From a virus (taxonomy: Duplodnaviria; Caudoviricetes): DNA of 57,336 nucleotides. The position numbers and the translations under genes were made by a program. This document shows positions 55,048-57,336 of this stretch, piece after piece (the first letter of the stretch is position 1; each line of letters opens with the position of its first letter). The stretch covers positions 1 through 57,336 of the IMG/VR virus record IMGVR_UViG_3300028790_000006, one strand, 5' to 3'. Below the pieces are notes generated by a model. It made no database searches, had not been told where the DNA came from, and was given only the letters and a program-made list of their open reading frames with translations.

Positions 55048-56930
55048 GACGCACCGCCGGTACGCGGCGCCTGGGTCGGGCAGTAGTCGACGCTGCTACA
55101 GCTGCCGCAGAACGTCGAGGGGCGCGGGGCGAAGACGGCGTTGCGCATCGCCCGGTCAGCAGTCCGGTAGCGATAGTCGATCTCGTCGCGGGCCGCGTCG
55201 GCGTCCAGCGCGATCGGGTCGGTGTAGATGCCTTTCCGGGCCAGCCAGTACCGGCCGACCACCGGCAGAGCGAAGTTGGGCGGCAGGTGCTTGCGCAGGA
55301 TGTCGCCGTACTCGACCAACTGGAAGTGCTCGCTCGGGGCGCTCTTGCCGGTCTTGAAGTCCACCACCTCGAGCGTGGCCGTGGGGTACTGCGGGCCGGT
55401 GGCCATCCACGCCGCGTCGATGAAGCCGGTGGTGGTGATGGCCGTCGAGCCGGCTGCCATGGTGAACGGGAACTCCAGCACCGGGATGCGCGGCGAGTCC
55501 GGGTTGGCCAGGTCCGCGGGGACCTGCAGCAGGACGTGCGCCGCCCGCCACTCGTTGTCGTGGAAGGCCAGGTAGCGCTCGAGCATGGCGTGACCCTCGA
55601 CGCGCCACCAGTCGTAGCCTTCAAGGCCGCGGTTGGCGACGTGCCACGTCGAGGTGAGCGCGTAGGCGGTGCCGGCCAGGGCGTCGGTCGTCTCGTCGAT
55701 CTGGGCGCTCAGGCAGGTCTCCCAGAATTCGCGCCAGTCGCCGAGTTCACCGGAAGGCGACGCGCCGCCCAGCGCCAGCGCGGCCAGCTCGATCTGCTCG
55801 ATGGCGTGGTGGAACGCGCTGCCGCCGACCAGCGACCAGGACGGGCGCCGCGGCCCGATCTCGCCGGTCTTGCTGGCGTCGGACAGCAGGGCGGACAGGC
55901 CGCAGCCCTCCAGCGACTCAACGTAGGAGTGCGACAGGTGCGGTCGGGGGATCGGGTAGGTGGCCGCGATCAGCGGGCCCAGCTCGGGATAGGTCAGACG
56001 TTTGACGTCGCGTCGCTGCGCGCCGGGGCTCGAGAAAGGGTTGGCCAGCAGGTCAGCGGGGGTGATGGGCTGCGGGCTGGTGAACGGGCTGGGCTGCACG
56101 GCCTCACCTTCGATCGTCGTCGGCTCAAGCGGAAAATCGAAGTGGATCGAGTGGATGTCCGGATGCTTCGGGCAACCGCGGGTCTTCGTGCACAGGATGA
56201 GTACCTCAGTCGAGGTGGCGCGGGGCTTCGGGTCGTAGACGTCGGTCTTACCGGTCAGGTAGTCCATGGTCGGGTCCCCGGTCGGTGCGGGCAGCGGCCC
56301 GTTGGTCGCCCGGTCCCAGGCGGGGCTGGCGGCGATCTCGGTCTGGCACAGGGTGCACAGTGACGCGCCCGACTTGAGCGTCGAGACGGCGCTGGCCGGG
56401 TGGCTGCAGCCTTCCTTCATGGCCTCGGTCGCCGCAGCTTCCTGGACCGCGGCGAAGTCGATGCCCGCCGGGTCGGGCGCGCTCAGGCTCAACGCCGCGC
56501 AGTTCGGATGGCCGCAGTCGCACTGTGGCTCATGGTCGAGCGGCTCAAGCTCCGCTTTCGCTGCGGCCAGGCTCTCGTATCCGGCGGCCTGAGCGCCGAT
56601 CTCTGCGTAGTCCGGGGCGAGGACCGGGCGGGAGGTGAGGCCGACCGCGAAGCCGGCCAGCCGGGCCGCCGCCTGGGTGTACTCCTTCGCGATGCCCACG
56701 TGCCCCTTGCGCTTGGCCTGCGTGACGTGGGCGGCCTCTTCGCGCCAGATCGCGACCAGCTCCATCATGGCGGCCTGAACGATGCCCGGAATCTCGCCGG
56801 GCAGGAACTCATGGCCTGGTTCGCCTGTGGCGTCGAATCCAGATTTGATGACGCGGCCGCGGGCCTGGGCGTTGCGGTCCTGAATTTCCTTCACGTCCTG
56901 GCTGGTGGACGTTGCCGTTGATGTGGTCAC
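55044..56930 (-). CDS. PD-(D/E)xK RecB/Cas4-like exonuclease with a long N-terminal extension
   Basis: LSHS..C, GSAFH, GFID, DFKTGK, QL..Y, CGSC..C; GTG at 56930 lies 8 nt after a -10 box. Confidence 0.88.
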   Translation of the reverse strand: MTTSTATSTSQDVKEIQDRNAQARGRVIKSGFDATGEPGHEFLPGEIPGIVQAAMMELVAIWREEAAHVTQAKRKGHVGIAKEYTQAAARLAGFAVGLTSRPVLAPDYAEIGAQAAGYESLAAAKAELEPLDHEPQCDCGHPNCAALSLSAPDPAGIDFAAVQEAAATEAMKEGCSHPASAVSTLKSGASLCTLCQTEIAASPAWDRATNGPLPAPTGDPTMDYLTGKTDVYDPKPRATSTEVLILCTKTRGCPKHPDIHSIHFDFPLEPTTIEGEAVQPSPFTSPQPITPADLLANPFSSPGAQRRDVKRLTYPELGPLIAATYPIPRPHLSHSYVESLEGCGLSALLSDASKTGEIGPRRPSWSLVGGSAFHHAIEQIELAALALGGASPSGELGDWREFWETCLSAQIDETTDALAGTAYALTSTWHVANRGLEGYDWWRVEGHAMLERYLAFHDNEWRAAHVLLQVPADLANPDSPRIPVLEFPFTMAAGSTAITTTGFIDAAWMATGPQYPTATLEVVDFKTGKSAPSEHFQLVEYGDILRKHLPPNFALPVVGRYWLARKGIYTDPIALDADAARDEIDYRYRTADRAMRNAVFAPRPSTFCGSCSSVDYCPTQAPRTGGAS

Positions 56931-56950
56931 GGGAGACGACGCTAGCGGCT

Positions 56951-56970
56951 GACCTAGTGACACGTCAAGT
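56951..56970 (-). promoter_or_regulatory. Operator/promoter motif copy 12
   Basis: Minus strand ACTTGACGTGTCACTAGGTC; TTGACG-18-TAGCGT-8-GTG(56930). Confidence 0.88.
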
Positions 56971-57277
56971 GGTGAGATTGGTTCGGGCGGGGACGACGTG
57001 GGTCGGCAGGGAGGCAGCGTCGGGGTGGGCGAGGTCGATGGGGGTGTAGTGGCGCCAGTCCCGTCGTATGGTCGATCCAGCCCCAGCAGGTGCGGCACTG
57101 GATCGACCATACGACGGGACTGGCGCCCATCTCTTCGCGTGTGAACGGGATGATCGGCGGGGACGGCGGGGTCGGGTTGTAGAAGTGGATCCGCTGGGTA
57201 ACCGCGTACTCCTGCCCCAACTCGGTCGGGGTGAGCGGTGGGCGCACGGGGCGCCGGGGCCTGGTGGCGGTGCTCAT
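56954..57277 (-). CDS. Hypothetical protein with CxxC; 3' part possibly frameshifted
   Basis: Start coupled to the gene ending at 81 across the circular junction. Confidence 0.55.
   Translation of the reverse strand: MSTATRPRRPVRPPLTPTELGQEYAVTQRIHFYNPTPPSPPIIPFTREEMGASPVVWSIQCRTCWGWIDHTTGLAPLHPHRPRPPRRCLPADPRRPRPNQSHHLTCH
57051..57127. repeat. Perfect 30-bp inverted repeat with a 17-nt loop
   Basis: GGCGCCAGTCCCGTCGTATGGTCGATCCAG (57051-57080) and its reverse complement (57098-57127). Confidence 0.95.
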
Positions 57278-57336
57278 CGCTGGCGGGGCTGAGCAGACTG
57301 CGGGGCGTCGGGGTGGCGGGCGATTGCACCGACCCC
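57194..57336. repeat. Terminal overlap, right copy
   Basis: Matches 1-143. Confidence 0.95.

Noticed and set aside
55044-55920. Cas4-like nuclease as part of a CRISPR system
   Set aside because: Stand-alone PD-(D/E)xK exonucleases are common phage recombination genes, and no array is present.
429-56970. Repeated 20-mer as a CRISPR array or att sites
   Set aside because: Copies are dispersed kilobases apart in both orientations and coincide with promoter elements; there are no spacers, cas genes or recombinase.
56931-57329. N-terminal 133 aa of the 761-aa ORF
   Set aside because: It runs through a promoter motif and another gene; GTG 56930 is the better start.
57194-57336. 143-nt end repeat as a biological direct terminal repeat
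   Set aside because: It falls mid-gene and the mismatches sit only in the last 17 nt, so it is more simply an assembly overlap of a circular or permuted genome. Read termini are needed to decide.

Overview
The window is an apparently complete, circular-mapping ~57.2 kb high-GC tailed actinobacteriophage genome of siphovirus type: the last 143 nt repeat the first 143 nt. The DUF397, DUF2637 and DUF1360 genes suggest a filamentous actinomycete host. Gene order: RHH regulator; prim-pol/AAA primase-helicase and putative origin; GIY-YIG endonuclease; beta-class DNA methyltransferase with an overprinted HNH gene; FHA protein; SF2 helicase; RusA; terminase; portal; a 1555-aa multi-effector MuF head protein; 2H phosphoesterase; protease, capsid and tail genes; a ~7 kb glycan-synthesis cluster; lysis cassette; a secreted beta-helix protein; and a leftward early arm (DUF2637, structured non-coding RNA regions, a tRNA-like gene with an abnormal anticodon arm, SSB-like protein, PD-(D/E)xK exonuclease). 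No integrase was seen. Most notable: (i) about 12 dispersed copies of a 20-bp promoter/operator (ACTTGACRYGTCACTAGGTC) in front of mostly leaderless transcripts, one overlapping the RHH gene's own promoter; (ii) unannotated microproteins next to these sites, including three separate Pro/Arg/Lys-rich peptides of exactly 40 aa; (iii) the MuF protein carrying a metallopeptidase, two kinase-like domains and two GrpE-like domains; (iv) covarying GGGA-loop hairpins over three consecutive ribosome-binding sites. Several 1-nt frameshifts suggest the consensus contains indel errors. All family calls are motif recognition by eye, not database results.
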